From the NCBI GenBank assembly GCA_002269645.1, contig NIVC01003879.1, positions 1 to 64,000 of the forward strand: a stretch of DNA of 64,000 nucleotides, given 5' to 3'. The number at the start of each line of letters is the position of its first letter. The stretch's first letter is position 1. Of the stretch, positions 62,536-64,000 are shown in pieces. A program made the translations under genes and the position numbers. Origin of the DNA: Macrostomum lignano. Taxonomy: Eukaryota. The notes beneath the pieces were generated by a model. It saw only the letters and a list, made by a program, of their open reading frames with translations, was not told where the DNA came from and did not search any database.

Positions 62536-63305
62536 TGTTGTGTAATGCAAAATCTCCGGGGGGCGGCTCGTGATCCTCGAGCAGCTACGGCCTCCTAAGA
62601 CTAAATACCAGGGTACAAGTACCCCTTCAGGGTGGCGAGCCAGTGATGGCGTCCGACACTCTGACCGAGCTGCCGGTGTCGGGCGGTGCGTACCATCGCC
62701 TCTCGTTCCTAGCCAGCAGCTCGTCCCTACGGCAGTACCCGATACAGTATGTCTCGTACTGAACAATGAACAACACAACGAGACTCAAGTTCTTACTGAG
62801 GAATGAACACGGCGGCGAATTAGGACTAGCCGGTAGCGCGGATTCTCAGACGTTGCGTACCCGTAGGGGCGTCTCGGTTCTAATCGATATGGGCAGTGGA
62901 ATCTCAGAGCTGAGTTGGGTTGGAAGGTAGCAGCCAAAGTTGGTCCCTCACTGCCGCTACACCGCGCTAAATATATATTTGGGTTGGCCGGCTAGGCCGC
63001 GGGGAATCGCCCCCCGCGCCCACCCGACCAGCCACACAACCAGCTTAGCACATTACAGCGAGAAAGCTGCTGATTGGCCGGCGCGTGAGAGAGGCGGCCC
63101 GTACCAATCAGCAGCTGCGCAAGAGACGGAAAACTTGGGGGGGACGCGCTGAGAGGGGTGGCGCAGCCAGCCAAAGCCGGCTGGCTCAGACAGACTGGGG
63201 TGGGTGGTGCATAAACAACTGAGGAGGGAAAGTGCAGTGTCCCAGTGCGCCAATTAACTGCAAGCCTGAGATCGCTAGGCAGTGAAATTACACTACGGCA
63301 CAACA
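62536..63305 (-). mobile_element. 3' LTR (770 bp) of a minus-strand LTR retrotransposon
   Basis: Inverted termini TGTTGTG...CACAACA; polypurine tract GGGAGGGGGGAGGG (63306-63319) directly precedes the TG on the minus strand; TATA-like run at 62969-62980. Confidence 0.8.
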
Positions 63306-63455
63306 CCCTCCCCCCTCCCAAAAGAGAAGGAAACAAAAATGAAAAAAAAATTACTATAAAGTACCATAGACGAACCATACAAAAGATTAATAGTGCAAGG
63401 ACAGTGCAATGGCGAGACGAGCATTTGTATTTGTCTGCTGGCATTTTGCACACAG

Positions 63456-64000
63456 TTAAATATTATAAAATTCACGCGCAGCCGCAGCCAGTCGACCAGG
63501 TAGAGCCCCGTCGCTTCGCTCCTCAGTAAGCCAGGTCGCCGCCTTCCGGACATCAGTCGGCTTGCCCGGGTTTCCCGCGAATGGTGCTGATGATGCGACT
63601 AGCAGCCGGTCGGACGGTATCGCTGCGACGCATCGGGCATGCCATCGGCTGTTGGAGACCCGGGCGGTGACTTCAAATATCAGTCTTGGCAACGACGCTA
63701 GGTACAGGCTGAGGGTGTCTTTGGGCCAGTCGGAAGATTCGACAACTAGAATGCGACAGTTTGCAAAGTCCGACGACACTAGCAACCGTAAGAACTGGTG
63801 CCAGGCCGAGCCACCGGGTTCGACTGGGCTACGTCTACGCTCTCGCAAACGAACCAGGAGGGGTAGATCTCGTTTATTTGCTAGCCCAACCTGTAGCTCC
63901 AGGGCTGCCATTTGTTGCTCCACACTGATTGCAGTATTCTGGACGTCCAACTCGGCTTCACCGACAGCCACTACCCTTGTCCATTCGCCCGCTATGAAAC
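63456..64000 (-). CDS. 3'-most ORF of the LTR element internal region, function unrecognised, runs off the window
   Basis: 171+ codon non-repetitive ORF ending about 140 nt before the PPT; no RT, RNase H or integrase motif visible. Confidence 0.5.
   Translation of the reverse strand, partial: FIAGEWTRVVAVGEAELDVQNTAISVEQQMAALELQVGLANKRDLPLLVRLRERRRSPVEPGGSAWHQFLRLLVSSDFANCRILVVESSDWPKDTLSLYLASLPRLIFEVTARVSNSRWHARCVAAIPSDRLLVASSAPFAGNPGKPTDVRKAATWLTEERSDGALPGRLAAAAREFYNI

Noticed and set aside
62541-63057. Solo LTR bounded by TGTAATG/CATTACA
   Set aside because: No TSD or PPT; the 62536-63305 boundaries fit better, with an adjacent PPT

Overview
Eukaryotic (metazoan) genomic DNA with spliceosomal introns. 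The style (GC-rich exons with polyQ/polyA tracts, introns filled with minisatellites, an AG acceptor just upstream of most start codons) suggests a free-living flatworm such as Macrostomum, but this is inference only. From left to right: a secreted PAN-like + fibrinogen-domain (FReD) gene and a cGAS-like/Mab-21 nucleotidyltransferase gene, both on the minus strand; a TE patch (Crypton-type tyrosine recombinase fragment next to a MULE transposase fragment); CDC27/APC3 (7 exons, with CACTA, Helitron-like and hAT-MITE insertions in intron 1); TIMM10B; one or two uncharacterised minus-strand genes, one carrying a PLAT/LH2 domain; then a tightly packed plus-strand run TBCB - TTC27 - RPS17 that looks like a trans-spliced operon; and the 3' end of an LTR retrotransposon. 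Most long ORFs in the supplied track are artefacts of tandem repeats. Gene models were built by hand from splice signals, reading-frame phase and remembered family motifs; no searches were run.
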